From a virus: DNA of 64,000 nt. The DNA lies in the IMG/VR virus record IMGVR_UViG_3300021067_000006, positions 26,838 to 90,837 of that record; one strand, 5' to 3'. Shown piece after piece: positions 8,793 through 16,861 of the stretch. Under the pieces are notes generated by a model that saw nothing but the letters and a program-made list of their open reading frames with translations, had not been told where the DNA came from and searched no databases. The position numbers and the translations under genes are program-made. Positions within the stretch are counted from its first letter, which is position 1. Each line of letters opens with the position of its first letter.

Positions 8793-9391
8793 GGGGGGAG
8801 CTTCCCTTCCGCCTTGCAGTCGTCGCAGACGCCTTGGTAGTTGGCTCCGACCTTTACGTCGCAGCCCGGCGCCGCACAGGGCCAGCCGCCGTCGTTGGCG
8901 TCGAACACGTCCTCGGCGTTGCAGCGCGGGCAGCGCGGGAATGCTTCACCGGCAGGGATGACCTGCCGCCAAACGTTGTCGCAGCCGGAGCAGACGAGCC
9001 GGAAGGTCGGCGGTAGCGGGGGAGCTTCGGGCGGGGGCTGCGCGATGCGCGGCCCTCCGAAGTAGAGGTCGGCCGCGTCGCGTACTGCCCGCTTGAGCTC
9101 GCGCACGATACGCACCGCGTGCTCGGCGTTCGGCTTGGCGAAGTCGACGCCGATGAACGCATCAGGCTCGAACTTCTCGCACCCCTGATGCTCGAACGTG
9201 AGCAGGCCGGCGCGATGGCTCGCAGGGTTCGAGCACACGAGCCAGTCGGCACCGAGCTCACCCGCGAGCGGCAGCGCGAACCGGCAGCCGTGCGAGCAGT
9301 CGGGGATGGTGCGCTCGCGCGTGCCGTAGGGCGCGAAGTCCTCAGGCAGGTTCTTGACGAGCTCGAGCAGGGCTTGGCGCCGTTCGCTCAT
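8789..9391 (-). CDS. Cys-rich multi-Zn-finger hypothetical protein (200 aa)
   Basis: DCSHGCRF, VCSNP, FEHQGC, CSGC, CPRC, CDDC; ATGA coupling. Confidence 0.65.
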   Translation of the reverse strand: MSERRQALLELVKNLPEDFAPYGTRERTIPDCSHGCRFALPLAGELGADWLVCSNPASHRAGLLTFEHQGCEKFEPDAFIGVDFAKPNAEHAVRIVRELKRAVRDAADLYFGGPRIAQPPPEAPPLPPTFRLVCSGCDNVWRQVIPAGEAFPRCPRCNAEDVFDANDGGWPCAAPGCDVKVGANYQGVCDDCKAEGKLPP

Positions 9392-9807
9392 TCGCGTGCC
9401 CCTCGAGCTGAAGCCCGCGCAGCAGCACACGCAGCGCGAGCCGCAGCGCACGCGGCGCGCGCGTCGGCGTTGCCCTCGAGCGCACGCCGGCAAAGCTCAA
9501 CCTGCTCAACGTCGCTCGCCTCGGCAGCTTCGGCCGACAGCGCCGCGATCTGCTCGTCGGTGATGTCCTCGGCGTCGGCGCTCTCGGCGCCCAGCACCGT
9601 CGCGCAGAGCGCCTCGAGCTCGAGCCGGTACGTGCGCCAGCCCATCGGGCCAACCGGGCTCACCGTCACGAGCACCGCGGCGCCCGCGACCGCCACCTCG
9701 ACGCGGCGCCCGTCCTCGCAGGTCGCCTCACCGAGCACCTCGCGCAGCGCGAGCTCGCCCTCACGCACCGTCGCCGGCACGTGCAGCACCACCTCGCGCG
9801 CGCTCAC
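9388..9807 (-). CDS. Hypothetical protein (139 aa)
   Basis: Coupled overlaps. Confidence 0.6.
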   Translation of the reverse strand: MSAREVVLHVPATVREGELALREVLGEATCEDGRRVEVAVAGAAVLVTVSPVGPMGWRTYRLELEALCATVLGAESADAEDITDEQIAALSAEAAEASDVEQVELCRRALEGNADARAACAAARAACAAARASARGARE

Positions 9808-10082
9808 CGCCGCACCGGGCCGCAGCAGCGCGCGCCACCGGGGAGAGGACTCGACGGGTAGTGGTCGACGCAGTGCTCGGGCAGCTCCGCAGGATCGCTC
9901 GAGCAGCTGAAACCGTACGGCCGCTCGGGGTCGTTGAGCGCGCAGTAGTCGTCGAGCGCCTCAGTGCGCGCGCACTCGGGCGCGAACGGCTCGGGCTCGG
10001 CGTACTCGACGCCGTCGACGGCGCAAGCCTGCGACACGAGCACGAGGAACAGGGCAACAGCGGAACGGGTGTAGCGGAACAT
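9804..10082 (-). CDS. Cys-rich lipoprotein (92 aa)
   Basis: Signal peptide MFRYTRSAVALFLVLVSQA-C with lipobox; six more Cys in mature part. Confidence 0.7.
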   Translation of the reverse strand: MFRYTRSAVALFLVLVSQACAVDGVEYAEPEPFAPECARTEALDDYCALNDPERPYGFSCSSDPAELPEHCVDHYPSSPLPGGARCCGPVRR

Positions 10083-10387
10083 CAGAGATTCACTTTCAGC
10101 TCGTGGAAATTATGCGGACGGGCCTCGAGCCAAGTAGTCCCGTCCTCGCAGACGTAACGGACAAGGCGCCCGCCGTCGGAGTCGACAGGGCAGGGCACCA
10201 CACAGTGCGTGACGAGCGAGCCGGAGGGCCCGCGCATCGGGTAATCGGTGAGAGGCATCCGCCTCGGGAATGACGGCCGGAAGGCCTCGACGCTGTAGAG
10301 CTCGCGCCAAGCGCGGATGCGCGCCGCGCGCGACTCGTCCATACGGGCACGAATCGCGGCGGCGCGAGCAGCGCGGTCGTCGCTCAT
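10082..10387 (-). CDS. Hypothetical protein (101 aa)
   Basis: Coupled overlaps. Confidence 0.6.
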   Translation of the reverse strand: MSDDRAARAAAIRARMDESRAARIRAWRELYSVEAFRPSFPRRMPLTDYPMRGPSGSLVTHCVVPCPVDSDGGRLVRYVCEDGTTWLEARPHNFHELKVNL

Positions 10388-10548
10388 TGCTGCTTGAGCC
10401 CGGAGAAAGCCGGCAGACCCGAGCGATCGACGAAGCCGACGCGCAGCGCGTTCGCCGCTTCTTCCATGATGTTCGCCGCGTCGAACTGGCCGTCGGCGCG
10501 GAGGTTACGGGCCGTCGTCTCGAGAAACGTGATGTGCTTCGTGGTCAT
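10384..10548 (-). CDS. Small hypothetical protein (54 aa, MTTKHITFLETTARNL)
   Basis: Below ORF-track cutoff; SD AGGAG; first gene after promoter P1; ATGA overlap downstream. Confidence 0.65.
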   Translation of the reverse strand: MTTKHITFLETTARNLRADGQFDAANIMEEAANALRVGFVDRSGLPAFSGLKQQ

Positions 10549-10562
10549 CTTTCGAACTCCTA

Positions 10563-10643
10563 CCGGCTCAGCGCCGGGGTTACCGCCGCCGGCTCAGCGC
10601 CAGCGACAGAAGAGAGCATGGTCTATCTTGCGCTAGCGCGCAA
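10563..10643 (-). promoter_or_regulatory. Early promoter cassette P1: TTGCGC-N17-CATGCT plus two GCTGA-loop hairpins
   Basis: -35 at 10643-10638, -10 at 10620-10615; hairpins 10563-10577 and 10589-10603. Confidence 0.75.
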
Positions 10644-10668
10644 CCGAAAAGCGAACACCGGTCACGGG

Positions 10669-10959
10669 TCAACCTGAAACCCGCTCGGTTTGCTCCTGCA
10701 ACGCGGCGCGTGCCTCGGCCCGCGAACCGTAGCGGCGAGCGCTGTCCGGCTCGGTGCCTCGGTACACGAGCCAAACGGCACCCGTCGACTCGATAATCGC
10801 GAGCCGGTCCGATGGTTCGTGCTCCGAACCGTCCGACCAGTCCCAGGCGCCGCGCCGGTCGAGCAGGTCGGCCAGCGCGCGCGAGGGGTCTTCGTCTTCG
10901 TCGAACTGGTCGAGGATGGCGTCGACCGCGTTGCGATCTAGGGCGCGTGCCATCGTCAC
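10669..10959 (-). CDS. Acidic hypothetical protein (96 aa)
   Basis: GTGA coupling. Confidence 0.6.
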   Translation of the reverse strand: MTMARALDRNAVDAILDQFDEDEDPSRALADLLDRRGAWDWSDGSEHEPSDRLAIIESTGAVWLVYRGTEPDSARRYGSRAEARAALQEQTERVSG

Positions 10960-11249
10960 TCCGCCGCCTTTCGCCCGGCCGACACGAGCTCACGGCACGC
11001 GCGGCGGAAGTCGGCATCGCTGAGCCGGTGCAGCTCGGCGAGCAGAGCGCCGGTCATCCAGTAGTCGGGCGAGCCTCCCCACGAATCGAGCACGCCGTCC
11101 GCCTCGCGCGGCACGAGCGTTATCTCGCCGTCGATGCTGCGCTCACCGAGCCGCACCGTCACGTCGATGTCGACCGCGCCCTCGATGTCGATGCAGCTGC
11201 TCGGCGTCACCGCGCTCGCGTCGACCTCGATCACGAACTCGGCGTCCAT
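10956..11249 (-). CDS. Hypothetical protein (97 aa)
   Basis: TGATG coupling, MDAEFVIEV. Confidence 0.65.
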   Translation of the reverse strand: MDAEFVIEVDASAVTPSSCIDIEGAVDIDVTVRLGERSIDGEITLVPREADGVLDSWGGSPDYWMTGALLAELHRLSDADFRRACRELVSAGRKAAE

Positions 11250-11800
11250 CACGCGCTCCGCTTCTGCGACGCAGCCGCGTTCGCCCGGTATGCATCGAGG
11301 AACTGCGAGACGAGCAGGTCGCCGAACACGACGCTCGGCAGCATCGTCATCGAGTAGTCGTCGCCGTGCTGACCGCAGCGACCGATCCACAGCACGCGCC
11401 CCTTGTAATCCGGGAACGCCTTCGACAGCTCGGCCGCGAGCTTCAAGCCCTCATCGCTCGCAGGCAGCGTCACGAAACGGCGCGTATCGATGCCGCGGCA
11501 TTCGCTGTACCGGCCGCCGATCGCCTTCACCTTGCGCGCCCAGCCCTTGCGGGTGAAGTCGGGCGAGCCGTCGAGATGCAGCTCGACCTGCAGCGGACGC
11601 TCAGCGAGCTGCGCGCGCGTGCGCTCGAGCTCGCGACGCTTGCGCGCGTGCCGAAACACGTCGGCGCTGTGCTGCAACAGCATCGCGTCGATCCGCTCGA
11701 TGAAGCTGCCGACATACAGGCCGGCGTTCGCACGCTGCTGCAGCATCGCGCGCAGGTGTTGGGCGTCACGGTGGTCGAACGAGATGTACGAGGTAGGCAT
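11249..11800 (-). CDS. Hypothetical protein (183 aa)
   Basis: SD GAAAGG; first gene after P2. Confidence 0.7.
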   Translation of the reverse strand: MPTSYISFDHRDAQHLRAMLQQRANAGLYVGSFIERIDAMLLQHSADVFRHARKRRELERTRAQLAERPLQVELHLDGSPDFTRKGWARKVKAIGGRYSECRGIDTRRFVTLPASDEGLKLAAELSKAFPDYKGRVLWIGRCGQHGDDYSMTMLPSVVFGDLLVSQFLDAYRANAAASQKRSA

Positions 11801-11816
11801 CAAGGGAACCTTTCCG

Positions 11817-11896
11817 CCGGCTCAGCGCCAGGCAACGTCGACCGGCTCAGCACCAGCGACGAAAGAGAGCATGGTTCATCATGCGTCAGCACGCAA
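11817..11896 (-). promoter_or_regulatory. Early promoter cassette P2: TTGCGT-N17-CATGCT plus two GCTGA-loop hairpins
   Basis: -35 11896-11891, -10 11873-11868; hairpins 11817-11831 and 11842-11856. Confidence 0.75.
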
Positions 11897-12397
11897 CCGA
11901 AAAGCGACAGCCCATTCGTCTGCAGCCTCTTTCGACTCGAACACGAGCAGGGTAGCCTTGAGCCGACCGGCCCGGGCGTCGATGAGCAGGCGCTCGAGCA
12001 TCACGACCGGCTCGGCCGGCACAGACCCCGGCACGGTCGACGCGGGCAGCGCGGCGCTCGGCACCGATATGCATCCGCGCGATTCCAAACTTGCCCGTGC
12101 ACGCGCCTCGGCCGCCTCGAGGTGCGCGCGCAGCTCGGGCTCGACCGCCACGCGGTTCGCGACGCGGCGCTCGGCCGATGCCACCGACGAATGGTCGCGC
12201 AGCATCTGCCGCCCCGTCTCCGATTGCGACAGCCCGAGCCTGCGGCAGAGATAGATCGCAAACGCGCGCGCGTTGAACAGCGCCGGAGAACGCGCGAGCG
12301 GCGAGTTGTGCGGCACGATGACAGCGCTCGTGACACCGAGCGCGGCGAGCACCGCGTCGCGCACCGCGCTCGGTTCGAGCCCTAGCTGAGCAGCCAT
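11879..12397 (-). CDS. DnaA domain IV (Bac_DnaA_C)-like HTH protein (172 aa)
   Basis: ARAFAIYLCRRLGLSQSETGRQMLRDHSSVASA parallels DnaA RQIAMYL..SLPEIG..RDHTTV. Confidence 0.8.
   Translation of the reverse strand: MAAQLGLEPSAVRDAVLAALGVTSAVIVPHNSPLARSPALFNARAFAIYLCRRLGLSQSETGRQMLRDHSSVASAERRVANRVAVEPELRAHLEAAEARARASLESRGCISVPSAALPASTVPGSVPAEPVVMLERLLIDARAGRLKATLLVFESKEAADEWAVAFRLRADA
12068..12089. promoter_or_regulatory. 22-bp palindrome copy 3 (TATGCATCCGCGCGATTCCAAA)
   Basis: Intragenic member of the family. Confidence 0.7.
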
Positions 12398-12597
12398 CGC
12401 GGCTCCCCCATGAACGGCCGCGGCATCGGCGCGAACACGAATAGCTCGAGCTCGGTAGAGACGAACACGTCTTCGCTCAGCAGCAGCAACGCACACGCGG
12501 CGCAGCAAGGCAGGTCGCCGAAGGCGAGCGCGACCGCCGGGTCGCCGCACTCGCCGTCGGTGTCGACGTCGACGATCATCTCGCAGGTGCGCATCAC
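12382..12597 (-). CDS. Small Cys-rich protein (71 aa)
   Basis: C...CGDP...CCAAC; GTGA coupling. Confidence 0.55.
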   Translation of the reverse strand: MMRTCEMIVDVDTDGECGDPAVALAFGDLPCCAACALLLLSEDVFVSTELELFVFAPMPRPFMGEPRWLLS

Positions 12598-12818
12598 GGA
12601 TCGAGCCTCACATCGACGGACCCCGGCACCACGCGCGCGCCGAACCGACCGACTAGCTCGCGCGCGACTTCGTCATAGATCCACGGCGCACCCGGCGACC
12701 AGCGCACCAGGCGCCGCGTGCCGCTCTGCCCGTGCAGCCGGAACGAGATGACGTGCCGATACCAGGGCACTCCCTCAACGATCTGGTACGGCCGGCGCGT
12801 GCGGCGAACGCGTGTCAC
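12594..12818 (-). CDS. Hypothetical protein (74 aa)
   Basis: GTGA coupling. Confidence 0.55.
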   Translation of the reverse strand: MTRVRRTRRPYQIVEGVPWYRHVISFRLHGQSGTRRLVRWSPGAPWIYDEVARELVGRFGARVVPGSVDVRLDP

Positions 12819-13042
12819 GCGCACACCTCGTCGACGGTTCCAAGCGCGGGCTCGCAGCGCGAGCGCGCCGTGCGCGCGAACACGAAGCCCGCGGCGTCGA
12901 CCTCGAGGCAGACCTCGCACGCGGGCGGCGGCCGGTCATTCACCTCGAACGCATCGGCGCGCTCGTGAACGAACGCGCCGCGCCCCGACCGCGCCGCGGC
13001 GTGCGCCTCGCCGATCGCGAGTCTCAGAGCCTCAAGCGCCAT
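12815..13042 (-). CDS. Hypothetical protein (75 aa)
   Basis: CATCAT-N7-ATG; CEVC. Confidence 0.55.
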   Translation of the reverse strand: MALEALRLAIGEAHAAARSGRGAFVHERADAFEVNDRPPPACEVCLEVDAAGFVFARTARSRCEPALGTVDEVCA

Positions 13043-13047
13043 GCCCC

Positions 13048-13383
13048 TCATGATGCGTCCCTCACGATCGCAGCTAGCAGCCGACGTTCGCTCTCGAGCG
13101 CGGCACTCGCCTCGGGCGGCGGCGGCAGCGTCGGCGCCTCGCGGTCGCGGTACGTGTCGAGCCGCGCGCGCAGCACCGACGACAGCCGCTGCAGCCGGTC
13201 GCGCCGCGTCTTCGCAGCAGCCATCTCGATCGAGCCGGGCAGCGCATGGATCACGCCCTGCAGCACGCCGACCCGTGCGCGTTGTACCTGAGCGTAAACG
13301 GCCGTCACGACCTCGCGGTCATCGAGCTCGAGCGCGAGCGCTGCCTCGTTCTCGAGCATGATGACGTCTTCGAAGCGCCTCAC
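13048..13383 (-). CDS. Hypothetical protein (111 aa)
   Basis: GTGA coupling. Confidence 0.6.
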   Translation of the reverse strand: MRRFEDVIMLENEAALALELDDREVVTAVYAQVQRARVGVLQGVIHALPGSIEMAAAKTRRDRLQRLSSVLRARLDTYRDREAPTLPPPPEASAALESERRLLAAIVRDAS

Positions 13384-13787
13384 GACAGACCCCCGAAAAC
13401 GCGCGGGTTGCTCTCAACCTCGCGCCGCGCGTTGGCGACAGCTTCCTCGACGGTCGCACCGCTGCCGATGACCGTGTCCTCGAACCACACCGCGAACGGC
13501 TGCACCGTGTCGTCGTCCTCGACGTGCAGCTCGCAGCCGGGAAGGAACGACAGGTCGGGCGAGAGCGCCGGCCAATAGAAGAACGCCGTGCGGTCAGGGC
13601 CGACCGTGCACGCGAACGAGTACGCGGCGGGGAGGCTCTGTTGATAGGCGAGCAGCATCGCGCGCGCGACGTGCATCGGATCGGTGATGCGGATACACGG
13701 CGCCGCCGTGCGGTTGTCCATCACCTGCCACTGCGCCGCGAGCCCTGCCTGCTCGAGCAGCGCGAACAGCTGCTGCGCCGGACTCAC
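13380..13787 (-). CDS. Hypothetical protein (135 aa)
   Basis: GTGA coupling. Confidence 0.6.
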   Translation of the reverse strand: MSPAQQLFALLEQAGLAAQWQVMDNRTAAPCIRITDPMHVARAMLLAYQQSLPAAYSFACTVGPDRTAFFYWPALSPDLSFLPGCELHVEDDDTVQPFAVWFEDTVIGSGATVEEAVANARREVESNPRVFGGLS

Positions 13788-13987
13788 AGCGCACCCCGGC
13801 CGGAGTAGCGGACGCCCTCGGTGAGGAGCCAGCACACGTACGAGTCGTACGTGAGCACGTCGTTGCGACGCAGCTCGGCGTCGACATACGCGGCGTACTG
13901 CGTGTTGATCGCGGGCGCGGCATCAGCCGGCGCCGGAACCGTGACGAAAGATTGGGTCGTCGTCGGCGCGGGAATCGTGGTGAACAT
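13784..13987 (-). CDS. Hypothetical protein (67 aa)
   Basis: SD GGAGGAG; first gene after P3. Confidence 0.65.
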   Translation of the reverse strand: MFTTIPAPTTTQSFVTVPAPADAAPAINTQYAAYVDAELRRNDVLTYDSYVCWLLTEGVRYSGRGAL

Positions 13988-14002
13988 CGGGCAATCTCCT
14001 CC

Positions 14003-14081
14003 CCCGGCTCAGCGCCGGGCTCGTCGTCGGCTCAGCGCCGTCGACACAACTGAGCATGCAGCATCATGCGCCGACGCGCAA
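14003..14081 (-). promoter_or_regulatory. Early promoter cassette P3: TTGCGC-N17-CATGCT plus two GCTGA-loop hairpins
   Basis: -35 14081-14076, -10 14058-14053; hairpins 14003-14019 and 14028-14040; T-tract upstream of -35. Confidence 0.75.
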
Positions 14082-14432
14082 CTAAAAAGTGTGCGGCGCG
14101 CGCGACCCCTCGAAAAGACGTGCGCACAACGCACACACCCACACTTCGGCCGCCGGGTCCCGCCGACCATCCGAGCAGCGCGACTCGAACAGCGGCTCGG
14201 CCGGCACCGCAGCGACCATCACGCGCCGGCACGGCGCACAGAACACGGGACCGCCGTGCGGCACGAGCCATCCGACGATGAGGCACGAGCGCCCACCGAA
14301 CACGCGGCCCGCCTCGACAGCCGACAGCCCACCGCCCGTGTTCGGTGACACCGGGCCAAAGCAGTCGACCTTGCTCGGTTGCCAGGCGAACAGGTCGAGC
14401 TGCCGATCGGACACCACGCGGCGCGACATCAC
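14082..14432 (-). CDS. Zn-finger protein with N-terminal QLDLF clamp-binding-like motif (116 aa)
   Basis: RQLDLF; CAPC...CALC; GTGA coupling. Confidence 0.55.
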   Translation of the reverse strand: MMSRRVVSDRQLDLFAWQPSKVDCFGPVSPNTGGGLSAVEAGRVFGGRSCLIVGWLVPHGGPVFCAPCRRVMVAAVPAEPLFESRCSDGRRDPAAEVWVCALCARLFEGSRAPHTF

Positions 14433-14995
14433 TCCCGCAGCAGCACCGCCACCGCGCGCAGGCGCTCGGCGCGCCGCTCGAGTTGCTCTGCGCGCCGGTT
14501 GCCCGAGCCCTTGAGCTGCTGCTCGATGAGCTCAGCGAGCCGCTCGGCAAGCTGCGACGGGGCGAGCACAGCCGCAGCTTCGACGTCACCGATCACGCTC
14601 TCGACCACCCGCGCTTTCGTGACCCACTGGTCGGGCTTTTCGGGGTCGTCGTGCCAAACACCGCTTCGTGCGATCGACGCGAAGCGCCCATCGTCGAGCA
14701 GGTAGAGACGCTCGCCACCGAGCGAACCGCTGTCGTCGCCGGGCCCCTCGGTAAACCCATCTTCGAGCAGCACGCCGCGCGGCTCACGCGGATCAGCGTA
14801 CATCCGTTCCTCTTGCCCACGAGCTCGCCGCATGCCCGCGACTTGAATCGCCGAGCAGAGCGCGGGCAGCGCCGGACGCACCGCCTCGACGATCGCGCGC
14901 ATCGCGTCGCCCGCCGCACGCTCGGCCTCGGCACCCGCGGCGAGCTTCCGATCGTGCTGCGCCGCGAGCTCTTCGACTTGTCTCTTGCTGGTCAT
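14429..14995 (-). CDS. Hypothetical coiled-coil protein (188 aa)
   Basis: MTSKRQVEELAAQ; coding-like composition. Confidence 0.65.
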   Translation of the reverse strand: MTSKRQVEELAAQHDRKLAAGAEAERAAGDAMRAIVEAVRPALPALCSAIQVAGMRRARGQEERMYADPREPRGVLLEDGFTEGPGDDSGSLGGERLYLLDDGRFASIARSGVWHDDPEKPDQWVTKARVVESVIGDVEAAAVLAPSQLAERLAELIEQQLKGSGNRRAEQLERRAERLRAVAVLLRE

Positions 14996-15033
14996 CGTCG
15001 TGCATCCTGAGTCGTGGTCGTCGCGCGCGCCGC

Positions 15034-15330
15034 TCACCCTGGCCTCGTCGGCTCGTCTTCGGACATGAGCGCCTGAGCGCGCGCATCCTGCAGCGACGTG
15101 AGCGAGCGACCGCTGCGCACGCAAACGCCGTCGACGTAGAAGCTCGCGACGTAAACGCCGTTGCGCTTCGACGTGCGCACGCACGCCGTATCGCCGTGCT
15201 GGTCGAGCCATTCCATCTCGCGCCTGCAGGTCTCTGCGTTGCGCTCTGCGACCATGCGATGCACGCGCTCCTGCACACTCTCGATCGAAACCGGGGCGCC
15301 GTTCGCCGAACGCCGATAGTTGCCGTCCAT
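15034..15330 (-). CDS. Hypothetical protein (98 aa)
   Basis: SD GAAAGG; first gene after P4. Confidence 0.65.
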   Translation of the reverse strand: MDGNYRRSANGAPVSIESVQERVHRMVAERNAETCRREMEWLDQHGDTACVRTSKRNGVYVASFYVDGVCVRSGRSLTSLQDARAQALMSEDEPTRPG

Positions 15331-15347
15331 TGGGGGGAACCTTTCAT

Positions 15348-15425
15348 GCCGCTCAGCGCGGCGTGTGAAACCGAGCTCAGCGCCCGGCGAGAGTCGACAC
15401 TAGCTCATGATGCTCCGACGCGCAA
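15348..15425 (-). promoter_or_regulatory. Early promoter cassette P4: TTGCGC-N17-TAGTGT plus two GCTGA-loop hairpins
   Basis: -35 15425-15420, -10 15402-15397; hairpins 15348-15362 and 15371-15387. Confidence 0.7.
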
Positions 15426-15426
15426 G

Positions 15427-16002
15427 CTATTCGCTCTCACCGGGCGGAAGCGCGGGCATAGCCGCCGGTGCTTCCGCCACCTCGACGCCTGCAGCGTCGA
15501 CCACACCCGGGTCGGGCATGCGCACAAGCATCAGCCGCACGCGGTCGAGCAGCCCAGTGCCCGGCACCCGCGCTTTCTCGAGCGCGGTCTGCGCCTCGAT
15601 CGCTTCCGTCATCAGCCGCGTCGCAGCTTCAGCCTGCCGCTGCGCGACGGGCATGTCGCCCGACAGCGCACGCACGGCGCGCATGAACGCCGTCACGACG
15701 ATGCCCTCGAGCTGCGTGACACGCTTGCCTAACAACGCATTCCGCTCTTCTAGCTGCTGAAGTTTCCGAGCTTCCTGCCACGCGTTCCGTGAACGCTCGA
15801 CGTCACCGCGTTGCTTGGCCTCGAGCAAATTGAGCGCACGCGCCGCGAAGCTGAGCTCGACACGCGCAGCCTCCGAAGTTCCAGCGACGAGCGGGCGCGC
15901 GCGTTCTTCGAGCTCGAGCAGCTCACGACGCAAACGCTCGAGCTCGGAGCTCGGCTCGATGATCGCGTTCGTCGGCGGCAGTAGTTTCGGCACGTCCGCC
16001 AT
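15427..16002 (-). CDS. Coiled-coil hypothetical protein (191 aa)
   Basis: MADVPKLLPP; heptad-rich. Confidence 0.65.
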   Translation of the reverse strand: MADVPKLLPPTNAIIEPSSELERLRRELLELEERARPLVAGTSEAARVELSFAARALNLLEAKQRGDVERSRNAWQEARKLQQLEERNALLGKRVTQLEGIVVTAFMRAVRALSGDMPVAQRQAEAATRLMTEAIEAQTALEKARVPGTGLLDRVRLMLVRMPDPGVVDAAGVEVAEAPAAMPALPPGESE

Positions 16003-16009
16003 GATGCCG

Positions 16010-16861
16010 TCACCGCTCTGCGATCTGCGCGGCGATGCTCTCCGCCGCACTCGTCCCGTAGTAATCGCGCCCGGCGCGCAGCATGCCGCTCGCGCGTGCC
16101 TGCTCGCGCGCCATCCATGCAGCCATCAACGTGTCGCCCGTGTGCGCGTTCGGTGTGTACGCGAGCAGGTCGTCGACGAACGTCTGCACGCCCGGCGCGC
16201 AGCGCCCGCGCTCGTCCGCGGGGATGAGCCATGCACCGTTCTCGAGCTCAACGAGCAGCGACTCGACGCCGAACAGCGGGTTGCGCTTGTTGCGTGCAGA
16301 CGTCTCGTGCGAGCGCACGCGCAGCGTCGCGTCGAGCTCGAGCGACCACTGCCTGAGGTAGTCCTGGAACGCGTTCGTCTCGATGCGCACGATCGACTCA
16401 AACCGATCGTGATGCGACCGCACGAGCTCGATGAGCGCGCGACCGCCCATGCGCCCCGAGTTGACGTCGAGCACGAGGCGACGATTATCAGCGAGCACGG
16501 CGAACGTGAACACCGAGCAAAGGTCCGACCCCTTCCGGCGCGACGCGGCGAGGTCGACGCCGGTGAACGCACCGCCCCGTTCCCATCGCGCCTGCGGTCG
16601 GTCGTAGTCGAGCTCGCGCGCGCGTGCTTTCGCCGCTCGGATCCATTCGTCTTTGACGCGCGCGCTCGTGTCGTCGCGCGTCCGGTTGCCGTACGCACGC
16701 GCGAACTCCGAGCCGCCGCCCATCATCGTGCGGATCTCAACGAGCTTCTCGCGCGGGAACTTGCCCGGCCAAAGCGGCACGATGTCGTGCGCGTCGACCC
16801 AGCCAGCGCTCTCCGACGCCACAAGCGCCGCATCGCTCGGCGACAGCGCCGCTGGTTTCAC
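16010..16861 (-). CDS. Terminase large subunit, RNase H-like nuclease half
   Basis: PLWPGKF, GVDLA..SD, IETNAFQ, GDTLMAAW motifs. Confidence 0.85.
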   Translation of the reverse strand: MKPAALSPSDAALVASESAGWVDAHDIVPLWPGKFPREKLVEIRTMMGGGSEFARAYGNRTRDDTSARVKDEWIRAAKARARELDYDRPQARWERGGAFTGVDLAASRRKGSDLCSVFTFAVLADNRRLVLDVNSGRMGGRALIELVRSHHDRFESIVRIETNAFQDYLRQWSLELDATLRVRSHETSARNKRNPLFGVESLLVELENGAWLIPADERGRCAPGVQTFVDDLLAYTPNAHTGDTLMAAWMAREQARASGMLRAGRDYYGTSAAESIAAQIAER

